Below are positions 28,279-41,370 of a DNA stretch of 64,000 bases, in pieces. The stretch is from Peribolospora baueri (Eukaryota). The stretch covers positions 1 through 64,000 of the forward strand of contig JAMDHS010000060.1 of the NCBI GenBank assembly GCA_029717555.1. Reading direction: 5' to 3'. The notes below the pieces were generated by a model. The model was not told where the DNA came from. It made no database searches and saw only the letters and a list, made by a program, of their open reading frames with translations. Position 1 is the stretch's first letter. The number at the start of each line of letters is the position of its first letter. The position numbers were made by a program, and so were the translations under genes.

Positions 28279-30918
28279 TCAGGCCGATCGAGCCTGTGTT
28301 TCTTCTTCCAGAGGTGGGAACAGGGGCAACCTTTTTACTTTCTTCCCCGCATCTTCAGAGGTCGCCAACTGCTGTCCACCCTGGCCGAGGCCGAGAGCGG
28401 TCCAAGTTCGCCTGTCCTCAGGCACGCCCAGTTGGTCGAGCAGGTCGCCCATCTTACCAGGCATGAAAGGCTGTAGCAGGATGCCGGACATGCGGAGGGT
28501 CTCGGTGGTGTAAAAAATGGCTCGTCGCGCTTCCCAGGCGGAGGTCTTCTTCGTCCATGGCATCAGATCCGAGATGTGCGTGTTCGCCTGAGGAAGAAGA
28601 TAGGAAAATGGTCAATGACTCCCATAAGGTGGAATTGGCCTGTCACGAATCAAGAAGCGAAGGGTGGACGGCAACACACCTCCGCGATGGTGTCGAAAAT
28701 GGCCGCGAGTGCCTTCGAAATCTCAAAGTCATCCATGTGACGACTGACTAGACCTGGCAGCGACGTCAAAAGAATAGAGGCATCAGCGACGGAGCCTTTC
28801 TTCCGAGTTGAACTGACTATGCTCATGGACTGCCCACCTGGCAGCTGCCGGAGACTCTCATCGATCTTTCTGTCAGCGGCGTCAACATTCGCCCCTGAAA
28901 CTAGGTCGGCAAAGCTGGGATCGGCGCCCGCCGCCTCAGCCTCCGTCAATCTGGCCTGAATCTTGGGTGCCAACACGCGAGAGAGGAGATTGCCGAGCTG
29001 ACCCTTGAGGTCCTTGCGATAGTAGTCGAGGAGGATAGCGGGCGAGTAGTCTTCGCGCACGAAAGGGACCAAAAGGATCAACCTTGGCAACAAAGATAAA
29101 TAATATGACGTTAAACTCCTCACCAGAATCGTTCCCAAGACTCCCTCCGACCCGCATCAAATAGAAGCGCATAACGTCGACTCCGAATCGCTGCAGCGCC
29201 TCGAAAGGATCAGCGACGTTTCCCCTGCTCTTCGACATTTTTGCTTTGTTCATTGTCCAGTGAGCGTGAGCCAGGATCGTACCAGGAAGAGGCAAAGATG
29301 CGGCTAGGAGTAGAGCCGGCCAATAGATGGCGTGGAATCTGAATCATGGTGTATATACGCCAGTCAATCCTCGAATCAAGTCAGGGAACCCGTGCAGAGC
29401 CAAAAGGGCGGCAGGTCATCTGTCAAAGAGAACCTCACCTGACGATGTCCTTGCCAACAACGTGCACGTCCGCCGGCCAAGCAGATCTAGGCACAACCCT
29501 TCGAATCTCTCCTCCGTCCTTCCCATAGCCCAACTGCTGAGCACCGCTATCCGCATCCCACGGGAAACCGGTGATCGTGAGGTAGTTGGCGAGGGCTTCC
29601 ACCCAGACATACATCGTGTGCTCGTCATCACCAGGAACTGGTATACCCCACTTGAGTCGAGAACGGGGTCTGGAGATGGAAAGGTCTTGAAGTCCGGCCC
29701 GGATTTCTGAAACCACTTCCATATGACGCTGACGCGGCCGGATGGCTTTTTAAATGGGAAGGATATGGTAGAACAGATATCATTAGGAAAAAAGGGTAGT
29801 AACATTCCATAAAGATGAAGACGAACGCCTACCGGCTGGATTGGCTTCGAGCCATTTGAGAAGCTGATCTCGGAAAGCGGATAATCGGAACCTGTAGTTC
29901 TCCTCCTCCATCCACTCCACCCGCTGTCCGCTCTCAATAGCTTCCTGAATGCAAAGGTAAGAGAAAACATGTTTTGCTCAGCGGCGGTGTTACAAACATA
30001 GGGACCACGACGCGTAAGTACTTCCAAAACTCACCATCCATCGCTCTCTCGTCCGCTCGTTTACCTTCTTTTGCACTTGCGCGTCGGTGTAGAACGCTTC
30101 GTCGGAGACGGCGTACCAGCCGCGATGAATGCCCTTGTAGATGTGCCCTGATTCTATCAAACGTCGCTGCAAGACAAAGAAAGCGAGAGAGAAGGTCGGC
30201 TAACCATTGGAAAGTAGAGCGCCGAAAATGAACAAGGGCCAAGGCAGGCAGGCTCTACGCACCCACAGCTCGCTAGCTGCGACACGATGTCGAGCCTCCG
30301 TCGTTCGAATGAACGCAGAATAGTCAATATCCGCCGCTTCCGCCAGATCCTGGCCGCCCGACACAAAACGAAGGGACGCAGATTCCGTTAAGCCGAAGGC
30401 CGCGCGACGACGTGAAAGGACTTTGGAAGGGGACGAACGAACTACGACAAGTGATGCGGTGAACTCACTTGAAACCGCCGGCTGACCACATCGCACAGAT
30501 CTCTTGGTACCACACCCGCTGCTTCGGCGGCCTTTTGGATCTTCAACCCATGCTCGTCTGTCCCTGTCGCCATCACCGATCGAAGCGAATCGCATTCACT
30601 CGGCAACTGTGGCATAACATCACGGCTTCTCCTGACTATAAAACCGGCACGAAGGTCTCTCCATCTTGTCAGGACGTCGGCCAAGACGGAAGAGTGGAGG
30701 TGGCCGATGTGGGGGGAAGCGTTGACGTAGTAGATCGGCGTCGTGACATAGTAAGGCTTGTCAGGTTTCAACGTCGGCGTCGGCGCACGTTCGCCTCTGT
30801 TCGTCACAGCGTCCTTGACCGTCCCTGGAGCAATCGTGGAGAAGGCTCGTGCTCTCCACAGAGGCGAAGCATGCCGAAGCGCCGGGAGAAGAAGCGAAGG
30901 AGAAGGTCGAGACGGCAT
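28279..30918 (-). CDS. MSM1: Mitochondrial methionyl-tRNA synthetase
   Basis: Presequence, [17 protein letters not shown] (HIGH), [45 protein letters not shown]. Confidence 0.95.
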
Positions 30919-31191
30919 CCACAAATCGGCCGGACAAATTTGGAGGTGGACGAAGACCGACTCGGACCCCCGGACGTTCTTGTCGGAGTGCTGCCGCAGT
31001 CGGTCCTCGCACGGGCCATTCCTGCACGAACCGCTGATATGCGCTGGTAAGCGGCCTCGTCCGTACCCGCCAGCTCAATCGCCGCAGCTCTTGGAAGGTT
31101 CAATGCTGGCGACCCTGACTTGAGCAACTGGACGACGGCAGCGAGCCACCAGCGGTCACCACGCTCCCCTCCTCCTTGCCCGACCCTACGC

Positions 31192-33212
31192 ATGAGAGCG
31201 CTCCGACTGGCCCTGTATGCCCTAGGGCTCTTTGTCATCGCCGTCACCACTTTGGTCGAGGCGGCGACCGACTACTACAAGGTGCTTGGCGTCGCCCGGG
31301 ATGCTTCGACGAGGGACATTAAGAAGGCGTACAGGGTGGGTAAGGTTGCTTATATTACCGCGCAGGGCCCTTCGTAGCGTCTTTGCTTCATATCAGCAAT
31401 GAAAGAACGCGCACTCACCTACCCAAGCTTCATCGCTTTGGAACCGCCCGTTAGAACCTTAGTCGGAAGCTCCACCCTGACAAGAACCCGGACAAGGAGG
31501 AAGAGTTCCTCAAGGTATCTGAGGCATACGAGGCACTGTCCGATCCGGAGAAGCGAAAAACTTATGATCGCTATGGAGAGGTTAGTGAATGGACACCTTG
31601 GGGACAGGCAGTGTCGTTGTGAGGGCTCTGTTGACTCTGATCGGTCTATATCCCATCTGTGTTCCCGCGGTCCTGTAGGAAGGACTGAAGCGACAAGGCG
31701 GCCCAGGTGGTGGCTTCCATGATCCCTTTGACCTCTTCCGCAACTTTTTCGGAGGTGAGCATTATCTCGATCTATTCTCGACGCTTCTAATGAACATTGA
31801 CTTACTTTCGACTCTTCACAGGCGGCGCCTTCCAACAGCAGGAACGCCGCGGACCAAACTTCAACGTCCACCTAGAGGTAGATCTGGCAGATATGTACAT
31901 CGGCAAGAGCTTGAACGTGAGCGGATGCGCCTATGTCTCGCGTTTTCGGGGTTTGATTATTGTCGGACCAACATAGCTGACTGTCCGTACGTGCGCTTGT
32001 CCGTGTCTAGCTGAACTACGAGCGCAAGGTCATATGCCCAGGTGCGTTGCAAACTGGGCAAGTGAATATTTCTGGAGCACGGCTGACATTCGGTTACGAC
32101 ATGCAGAATGCGACGGCTCCGGTGCCCGCTCACCCGGCGACGTTCATGAGTGCCACGTCTGTGGTGGACGAGGCATACGCATCATCCGACAGGTGAGGCC
32201 CGGCTCCTCGTTCAGCTGACGAGGCAACGGTGTAATCGGAGCTGAGCATCGTGTACAATTCACGGCCACCTTTGCATTTCCGCACCCCTTCCCTCTGCGC
32301 GCTCCCACAGCAAATCATGCCCGGCTTCGTGACCAATACTCAAACGCACTGCGACGCCTGCGGCGGACGTGGCAAGGTGATCGCGCACAAGTGCGAAGTG
32401 TGCGGCGGCGCAAAGGTGGTCAAGGAGGCCGCCGAGCTTGTTGTCGACATCGACCGAGGGTCTCCGGAGGGTGCGGAGATTGTGTTTGAACAGGAGGCGG
32501 AGGAGAATCCGGATTGGACTCCGGGAGACGTCGTCGTTACCCTCAAGTGAGTGCCATCCCGTCCGCAAAAGGCTTGTGCTTGAAGAGAAATGGGTGGGAG
32601 GACGGGGAGACGCCACCTCTCTTCTGCAGGCGCATTACTGACCACACCTGTCTGTGCCTTGATCTGGCTGTGTCATAGGAGCCGAAAGAAACCGGGTGAC
32701 TTCCGACGGAAGGGAGATAATTTGTACTGGACGGAGCCGATCAGTCTCGAAGAGGTACGTCCCGTCCGTGTCAAGCTTGTTCGCGTTATCATGCCGACCA
32801 GGTGTTTCGCCTGCTTTATCGTCTCCCGATTCGTCTCCAGGCCCTGCTGGGTTTCCAACACAACCTCACCCACTTCGACGGGCACCACGTCCACCTCAAT
32901 CGGACCGGCGTCACCCAACCTGGCCATGTCGAGGTGCACCCGGAGGAGGGCATGCCTCACCACGGCGGCTTCGGCTATGGCGATCTGTTTGTGGAGTACG
33001 CCGTCGTGTTGCCTGGCAAAGTGGAGGGAGAGCTCAGAACGAGGTTTGAGCAGCTCTTTGGCAAGAAGACGCCTGGCGCGGAGGCGACGCCGACGACAGC
33101 TTCCTCCACGGCATCTTCTGCGACGCCGACGACTGTTTCCTCCACGGCATCTTCTACGTCGGCGTCCCCTTCATCACAAACGGACCACCACTCGACGCAC
33201 GAAGAGCTCTGA
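31192..33212 (+). CDS. SCJ1: ER-lumenal type I DnaJ/Hsp40 (Scj1-like)
   Basis: Signal peptide, J domain with HPDKN, G/F region, four CxxCxGxG-type repeats, C-terminal HEEL retention signal. Confidence 0.9.
33084..33155 (+). repeat. 36-bp tandem duplication encoding ATPTT(A/V)SSTASS twice in the DnaJ tail
   Basis: Two near-identical 36-nt units, 33084-33119 and 33120-33155. Confidence 0.9.
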
Positions 33213-33410
33213 TTCGTTTTCTTCCCGGTTTAGACTGCTGTCGTGGCTAACGGGGTTCGTCCTATGTGGATATACCTTGAGTCTTTCTATCGTGCCTTTT
33301 CAGACGCGGATGGAATTAGATTAGAGTTGTGCTGAAAGGACTGGGGGGCAGGTCGTCATGGGTTGGCGACGTGCGCAAGCACGGCCGGGATGATCCACTC
33401 CTCTAACATG

Positions 33411-35691
33411 CTACTCCTCCATCTCATCCCCATCTCCGACGGCACCACCTTCTTCATCCTCACTTTCCTCGCTCTCATCCTCCGCAACGCCCACCACGCC
33501 CCCGGCGCCCTCTACCTCTCCATCGTCGTGGGCCTTTGCACCTTCCTTGCCCGCAGCGCGGAGACGGTCGCCGAAGGCCTTGCGCACGCCCGCGTTGGAA
33601 AGGGCGTTCCAAACTTGGAGCTTCGCCTTTGAACCCGCCACGGCGATCGTCATCGGGTCGTCTGGGGAAAACTGGGCGGCGAAAACCTTGCCCTGGTGGG
33701 TTGGGTGTCGATGGGTGAAGCAAAACGGTGCGAGTGAGAGAAGAAAAGAGTCGTGAAAACAGACCGAGGAAAGCGGTGTGAGATGACTTCTTCGCCTCCC
33801 CTTCTCTCCCCCCCAATAAACTAAAAACTCACGACGCCTAAGTCGCGAGAAGCGACCAAGCTGATGTTCCTCTTCCCAGCGCCCCCGTCTGCTGGCTCAT
33901 CCACGTTCCAAATCTTGACCGTCTTATCGGTACCTCCTGTGATGATGCAGCCGGGGATATGCGGGTTGACGTCCATGGCGGAGACTGCCGTATCGTGGGC
34001 GGAGAGAGTGAAGGTGGCTTGGGCTTGGCCGGAGAATGGGGAGGTTGAGGAGGCGGTGGGTAGGGTGCGGGCATCGTAAGATTGGACGAGGCCGTTTTCG
34101 AGGGACACCTGACGAAGAGAGTGAGGAAACAGCAGAAAGAATCCAAAGGTTCCATTAAATTTCTATCGGAACTGGAAGCAACGGGTAGAGAGCGGATGGT
34201 TCGAGAGGGAGAACTCACCAAGACACCATGACTCTCCCATGGGTTCCACCTCACCGCCTCCACATCGGCCATCAAGCCCGTCCCAACTCCACTGTCCGGC
34301 GCTCTGGAATCGAAAACTCTGATGACCTTATCGAATCCACCAGTGAGGAGCACGGTAGGCTCCTTCGAGTTCCACTGCACAGCCTGCACCTTATCCGTGT
34401 GGTGCGAAAAGCTCCTCACCGCCGGCGCCCCGGAAGGCCTGCTCAGGTCCCAAAGCTTCACGGTCGCGTCGGCGGAGGCGGATGCGAGAAGGTTGCGATG
34501 GGTGCGGTTCCAGCTGAGGCCCAGCACAGCGTCAACGTGGTGCTCGGCGTTAGGAGCACGGCGCTTCGTCTTCCTACGCTTCTTCTTGCCCATTTCCAAC
34601 ATCTCATCCTGCGCACGGTCGGCCTTGTCCTCCTTTCGTCCAAGGATTGCGTCCGGGAAGAGACCGTCGACAGTATCGAGAGACCAGATTTCGATCTCTG
34701 GCTCAAACGTTCCCACAGCCACGAAATTTCCTGGTGCCTCTACGGCCGCTGCACCTGTATCATCAGCGCCAGCGGAAGAGGCGGATGAAGAACTGGGTCG
34801 GAAATCGAGCCACTCAAGGCAAAGGGGAAAAGAAGGCAGCATGAAGTCGTGATGGACATAGAGGTTCTGTTCAGAGTCGTCGTAGACATACGTGTCGATC
34901 TGCGACACGTCGTCCTCCGTCCTGGCAGCAATGATGAGGTTGTCTGTCGGGTAGATCTCCATCTCCTCTCGCTCTTCAGCTTCTTCCTCTTCGCCCTGCA
35001 TGCGCCAAGTTGCCAAGCAGGAAACGAGAGGACGTCCGTCATCAGAACACGAGAGAGAGTTCGGGATCCATGCGACAGCGGCCACCTACCCCCTTCATGG
35101 TGATGTACGGATCTTCGTCGTTTGATCGGTAAAACGTCAACCCCTTAATGTTGCTGAACGCGCCCATCGCTGCGGAGACGAAGTGTGCGAGGACTGACTG
35201 AGCGAGCCGGACAAGACGGAGGCAGAACGACTGGAAAGCAGACTCACCAGTGCTCGTTGACTCCTCATCGTCATAGGTGTCCAAATTGTATTTTGCCATG
35301 TCATCGTCATGGCCGGTTGATTTCGACTTGGCCGTTTTCTCGGCGCCTTCTGCCGGGCCGTCCTCGTCCATCGGGTCATCCTCATCCGACTGCTCGCTGT
35401 AAAAGCAGCAACAAAGCGATGAGCGGTGCACGTTAAACGTTAAAGGCGCCCGTGACAAAAAGGTAATAACAAGAAAACTCACTCCTCCCACTCGTCCTCC
35501 TCGCCTTCCTCCTGTCCCACACTTTGGGCCAACTTCTGCGCCCGCTCGAGCTCCTTCTTTGCGTCTTCAAATTCGACTTTGGCTATCGAGCTCACCCTTT
35601 GCAGCTCCTGCTCGTTCAGCTCGTACTTCTTCGGATGCCTTTGGGAGGCGCCGCGCTTTACCCACGCGAGTGCCGAGATCATGGAGGACAT
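33411..35691 (-). CDS. PWP1: Periodic tryptophan protein 1 (WD40 ribosome biogenesis factor)
   Basis: MISALAWVKRG, YNLDTYD, NLYVHHDFMLPSFPLCLEWLD, VGTFEPEIEIWSLD, LASASADATVKLWDL. Confidence 0.95.
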
Positions 35692-35724
35692 GGTGACGAA
35701 AAGAACGCGGAGAGTGGATAGCTA

Positions 35725-35807
35725 GCGATGAGCTGCGTCGTGAACAGACGAGTTTAAGCGGAGTCTTCCTTCGCAGTGGAAATGCTGCGGCTGTCACGGA
35801 TCACGTG
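35725..35807. promoter_or_regulatory. PAC-like element (GCGATGAGCT) and RTCACGTG E-box upstream of PWP1
   Basis: GCGATGAGCT 35725-35734; ATCACGTG 35800-35807. Confidence 0.5.
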
Positions 35808-36295
35808 CGTCACTCTACTCGCTCGTTCTGCTTCGCGCTGCGGCAAAAGCATGATGCCAAGTGATGCAAGTTGCCGAGCAGGATTGTGCAAGGGCGTCCG
35901 GTTCGGGTGTACGGGAGGCGGTCTGATGCCGTGCAAGAGTGAGGAGGAAATGGATTGCAAAGGTGAGGATGAAGTGAATTGAAAGGCGGAGGCGTGGACA
36001 GACAAGACAGAGGGGCGGAACGGACAGACGAGTGGAATACCAGCAAGCCTCCTGGCAGTCTATCGATCTCATCGATCTCTCTGAGGCGCTCTCTTTTTGT
36101 TGTCCTGTACCTACCAACAGCGTCGGCGAATGGTCGGGTCCACATTCTCCGACGACCGAGCTCGGCATTAATCGCACCGAGAATAAGCTAGTCAATTCCC
36201 CCTCCACTTCGGCTGTCTGGACATCCTCCAGGCCTGTAAGTTTCTGTGCGACCGCCGTTACTCTGTAACGTACGACCATCGACGTCGGAGCCAGG

Positions 36296-39200
36296 ATGAT
36301 CAAGTTGTCAAAGGCCCACACTGCAGACGGCCGACCCCGTGTCGGCCTCTTCCACCCTAGCCTCGAGCAGGAGCGGAAGACGCTGTTCAAGATGGTCATG
36401 ATTGTCAGCCCGCTCTTCTGTCTCTCTGTCCGTCCGTTCGCCACCCGCTGGCGACGTAAGAGACACGGCCGTACCCAGCTGACGAAAAGCGTTGTGGTCT
36501 TGATCGATGACCCAGGGATTTATTGGCATTACGATTGGGATGTACACCCTCCTGCCCCTTTATTAGTGCGTATATGGCAAAGGATACGTGTTCCCCTCGC
36601 CCGGTTCGTGAACGCTGAGAAATTGAACGATGTTTTTTTTTTTTTGCTTCGTATGCTCGAACCTCGCTTGTCCTGCGCGTGCGACCTCCTCGGCCTTACC
36701 CTTGTCACAGTGGAGCATGTGCGTACGATTAGCTGCAGGCCGGTCGTTACCAATGGCTGCATGGGATACGGCGCGGCGCGAAATACTCACTCTTCATCTG
36801 CACTCTCTCTCACTTAGATTATAAACAAGAGGAGAACCTTTATCGCCTGACCGTGCGGATCGTCGACCTGGACTCGGCGCTCTCCACTGCCGCGCCCACC
36901 CTCGCACCAACAGCCATCCTCGGCCCAACGCTTGTATCCACGGCCAAGAAGTACCTCTCTACAGACCCGCATCCTCTCGGCTGGCAGTTCCAATCTGACG
37001 TCTCCTCTTTCGCCCTAGCGTCTCCCGGCTCTCCCGAAGCGGCTGCACAACCCCTGCTGACGAGGGGAGTCAACGTGAACGACTGGGCCCAGCAAAAGGT
37101 GCTCGATCAGGACGTGTGGGGTGTCGTCGTCATCCATCCTAATGCTACTAGCGCCGCGCTCAGGGCCTTTAGAGAAGGTGATGCGCATTATGAGAATATG
37201 GGCACTGTGAGCTTTTGGTACGAGGAGGCGCGGAATTTTGAGGTGAGCGAACGAAGCAGGCTACACAGACGTGTGGTCAGGCCATCGCATGCGAGTCCTT
37301 CGAGCTCGAGGTCGAGACCAACGCCCCACTCACCCGGTCCCGCGCACCCACCATTCCAATGCGACCTGGACATTGTCGCACGCAGACGGTAGACAGCTGG
37401 CTAGTCGACAAAGTGCAAACCCTTCTCTCCGCTGCGCTGGCCGACGCGAACGCCGCTTTCGCCCGGGAATATCTCAATCAAGTCGGTGTCTCGTCCACTG
37501 TTGCTTCCTCGGGGAGCATCAATTTTACCGCTTTGGCAACGGCGTCGAACGGGAATGCCATTAGTGGGCCATTCTGGTACAACATGCATAACTTGAGACC
37601 TTTCGATCAGGTGGGTGCCGAGCATGGCTTAGCTGTTCTTCGCCGCCGCCACGGTGGAAGCTTCGGGGCGCCGTCCGTGGTCGACGGCTGCATTGACTCG
37701 CATTTCCTCCCATCTTTCGATCTTTCCAGATGGCTGCAATCGCCTCGACGACCGCTGCCTCCATTTATTTGATCATCTTCACGTTTTTCGGTGCGTACTA
37801 AGGCGAAAAGGAGTCTGGAACAGAGTTCATTGCGTCGTGTGCTCATCGTTTCCTTCGTTTCCTAATTTATCACGCTCCTTCTATCAGTCTCTCTCTTCTG
37901 GTCTCGCATTTTCGGGCCCGTCGCACCCAAGATCAAGCTCAGCTCTAGCATTGCGCTCAGGATCGGTGTACCTGTTCTCGGTGAGTGTCAACGCACATGC
38001 TCTCAAACGAGGCACTTGAGGGCGGCGAAGCAGATAGAATGTGTACTCATGGCTGTCACCCATGGCTCTCCTTCCACTGGCAACACCCGAAGGCTACTTT
38101 TGGCTCTCGCTGTGCTACTCGCTCGTTTCGCTCGCTTTCCAGGTCAATTTTTCAAGGTTCTATGGCCAGTAAGCGGACTCTCCTTGTCTCTCTTGTCATT
38201 TTTCTCTGCGCCGTTTCTCCATTCGCTCTCCTCCACTCACCGCGAGACTGTTCTTTCAATAACAAACGAACACCTGTAGTGTCGGCTTTTTCATCTATTG
38301 GTGAGAGTTACGGTTTCCTGGGAAGTATGCGTTCCTCTTCCGTCGTAGGTTGGTCTGACGTTGCCCTCCGTCCTCTCTTGCAAACGATGACCACTTCTCT
38401 TAACCAAGGATGTGAGCCTCTTTCCGCTCCCTTATAATTTTCTTGAACGCCCAATCGTCTCGCCAGACCACTGACGCGCCTTTACTCGCCCTCCTTCCCG
38501 TTCGTCCCACCTAACCACCATGCGCCGCACAGGCTGAACTGGTGCTCAATGATCGCGCTGGGCCTCATGATGGAGTTGATGCTCCTCCTCATCGGTCCGC
38601 TCTTCTTCCCTTTCTTCCTCCTCTTTTGGGTCATGTAAGTCGAGGGGCTCCTTTCTGTCCGCGGTCGACCTTGAGCATTTTGCACTCATCCTGGTCCACT
38701 CCAATGATGCTGACTTGGTTTTTTTTCTCTCTTTTCGGGACGTCGCTTCTCTGTCGACTAGCATCCAAGTCTCCGGAGCGTTTATAGACCTGGCGGACCA
38801 GGACCATTTCTATCTTTACAACGTAAGCCTTTTCCCTCCCTTGTCTTAGGCCCCGCGTTACCTGCACCCTGTCAAACGGGGAGTGGGCAATTGCCTGTTC
38901 GTGGCGAACGCGCAAGCTCACGCTGTGCTCTCTACGACTCCGCTTCCACCCTACGCACGCTGGTGCACGTTCGACAGTACATCCTCCCCATCTGGAATCA
39001 GGTGGACGCGAGCAAGAGCCTCATTTTTGGTACGAAGAACCACATGCGTGAGTGACACCCCCCGTTAGAATACCCCTACTTCCTTGCTCTTGTCCTTGAT
39101 TTTCCTCTCCGTCCTTCCTGCTTTCGAGCAATGAGCTCACACGACCGCCTTACCTTGTCACCTTCACCTTCGCCTTTCGCCTCCTCGAACAGCCCAAAAT

Positions 39201-39341
39201 TTCCTTGTTATCCTGGGCTGGATCGGCGCCGACTGCGTTTTGCTCTCCCTCCTCGCCGTATGGAGGAGGGGTCAGGAGGTGAAGGCGGCTCAGGCGAGCG
39301 CGGGCAAGGGGGCCGAAGGGGAGAAGGGGGGCCGAAAGTGA
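36296..39341 (+). CDS. SNG1-like / DUF3533 membrane protein, paralogue 2 (microexons of 8 nt at 36711-36718 and 3 nt at 38409-38411)
   Basis: LPLYYGAYY, RIVDLD, VWGVVVIHPNAT, NLRPFD, YWMLNW..IALGLMME, FFPFFLLFWVI; start codon less certain. Confidence 0.82.
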
Positions 39342-40064
39342 CGGTCTTTGCGACATTGAGGAGCAAGCACGTGCTCTTAGGAGAGAACGAAGGGTGACGC
39401 CGACGCACTCGCCGCGTGGAGAATCGGTTGGCGTGGGCGGATCTCGCGTGGTGTGTCACGCAATTAATAACTCTAATATGCACGCACGCCTTGGGCGTCG
39501 TAAGTAGATTTGGAACCTCCCCTGTTTCTCTTCATTCAATCATTGGTCGCCGACTTGAGGGGTGATGCGTACGATTAATGCATAGTAGATGGCTCGACGA
39601 CACTGCACCACGCGAGTGTATCCAGATAGGGAGTGTGGGGGTGGGTATTGATACAGGGTGGCGGACCAGGCCAAATTAAGGGGAGCGCAAAGAAGCCGGT
39701 ATCGCAAAGAGAGTGCGAGCCTGGTAGGTGGAAGAAATAAAGGAAAGTGAACAGGACATGTGTCCGCGCTCGTACCAGCAGCGACTAAAGGTGCCTCAGA
39801 GCGGTAGTACCTATGATGAAGGTTATTTTGCAACCCCCAACCGCGTCCACCAGCACCCTCGTCCTCCTGAATAGAACTAATAAAATGGCAATGAAACGCC
39901 ATTGGGCGTCGAACAGAGACCGCGACGAATCCAAGAACCGTAACGAGAAAAAACAGAAGAAAGGCCCGGCCGGGAGAGTTGGACGAGTGGCACACAACGG
40001 AGGCGGCGACAGTTGCATCGCCAAAATGGAAAAGCAAAGAAAACAAGCGTGTCGCTTTTCACGA

Positions 40065-41370
40065 TCACTCCAGCTTCTTTTCGCTTTTATCCTTAATCTT
40101 GCGTGCCTGCTCAGCGGACATTCGAGTGCCAAAAAGGACATCGAAGTGGATGAAGAAGGGCTGGGAGTAGTTGAACCGGAGGCCCGTCATTTGGTGGTGG
40201 ACGTCCTGCGGGTTAGGTAAAAAAATGAAACGATATGGCGTCAAGAGTCGCCCAATGAACTGACCTGGCGTCGTCTGAACTCACATGATATTCGGCAGTA
40301 TTGGGGAAGATGAGTTGTAGAGGATCGAGGTACCAAGGCAGGGCGTACCCTCCATGGTCGTTGACGGTCTTAAGCGTGGAGAAGGCGAAGAGGACGATGC
40401 CTTGCCGGATGGTCATACCGGAGAAGAAGTGCGCTACCATGGCACCGCCCGAATCAAGGATGAGTCCTGTGGAGCAGACGCGAGCGAGGGAATGAGGGAC
40501 AAAAGGTAAGTTAATGCTGTGATAGCCAAACAAAAAGGCCAAGAAAGATCGGTGAAGGAAAATGCTCTCACCTTCCACGGGGTGGTTGTAAAGAGCGCCG
40601 AACGCATACGGGACGTAGAGGCGATGGTGATGGGAATGGAAGTGACGGTAGAGGAAGCGGCTCTCGTGGAAGAGACGATGCCAGAAATATTGCCATGCGT
40701 CCATGATGAAACTTTCAACGGTTGGAAAGAGAAATGCAGCGCAGAGTGAGCGTAGGACAAAAAGTGAATCGGAACGAGTTCGGTACGTAGTGGTCCAAAG
40801 GGAGGAAGGCTGATGCAAAGGGAGACCTCACAATGCAAAAAGGAATTGGGCGATCGGAATGCCCCACCAATAAAGCCACTCTGTAAAAGCGGTGCCGTAT
40901 GAGGTGAGCAACTTGCTTGCTGCACTGGGACCGAGGGCCGACAGAGCAAATGTGGCAACGGTGTGACCGAGGCCCCTCATCTCTCCCTTGTGATCCCTGA
41001 AGATCTGCTTCATAACCTCCTCCTCGTTCTCCAGCCAGAAGACGCCTAAAACGGTCTGCACGGCATGCTGACAAAGTACTGCTTGCACAACCTGAGCGAC
41101 GGAGACGCGGTTGCGCTTGGTGACCTCCTCTGACTCGTGAATGCGATACTTCTCAAAAAGGGGGAACCTGCGTGTGTCGAGAAAGTGGAACCAGAGGCTC
41201 GCGACCCAGTAAATGACGACGGGTGCGGCGAGAGAGAGGTACTTGTCGGAGAGGAACGGGAGATAGGATGGTCGATGAGCATGATAGACCGGGTAGGTGA
41301 CCGAGGCAGGGGAGAGGTTGAAGTCGGTAGGGGCTGGAAAGGCCAGTGTGGAGACATTGGCGACGGACAT
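40065..41370 (-). CDS. SUR2: Sphinganine C4-hydroxylase (fatty acid hydroxylase superfamily)
   Basis: LSDKYLSLAAPVVIYW, MDAWQYFWHRLFH, HSHHHRLYVPYAFGALYNHPVEG, KTVNDHGGY, HDVHHQ, NYSQPFF. Confidence 0.95.

Noticed and set aside
39811..39874. C/D-box-like ATGATGA...CTGA
   Set aside because: Only about 58 nt between box ends, no recognisable rRNA guide, and antisense to the probable SUR2 3' UTR
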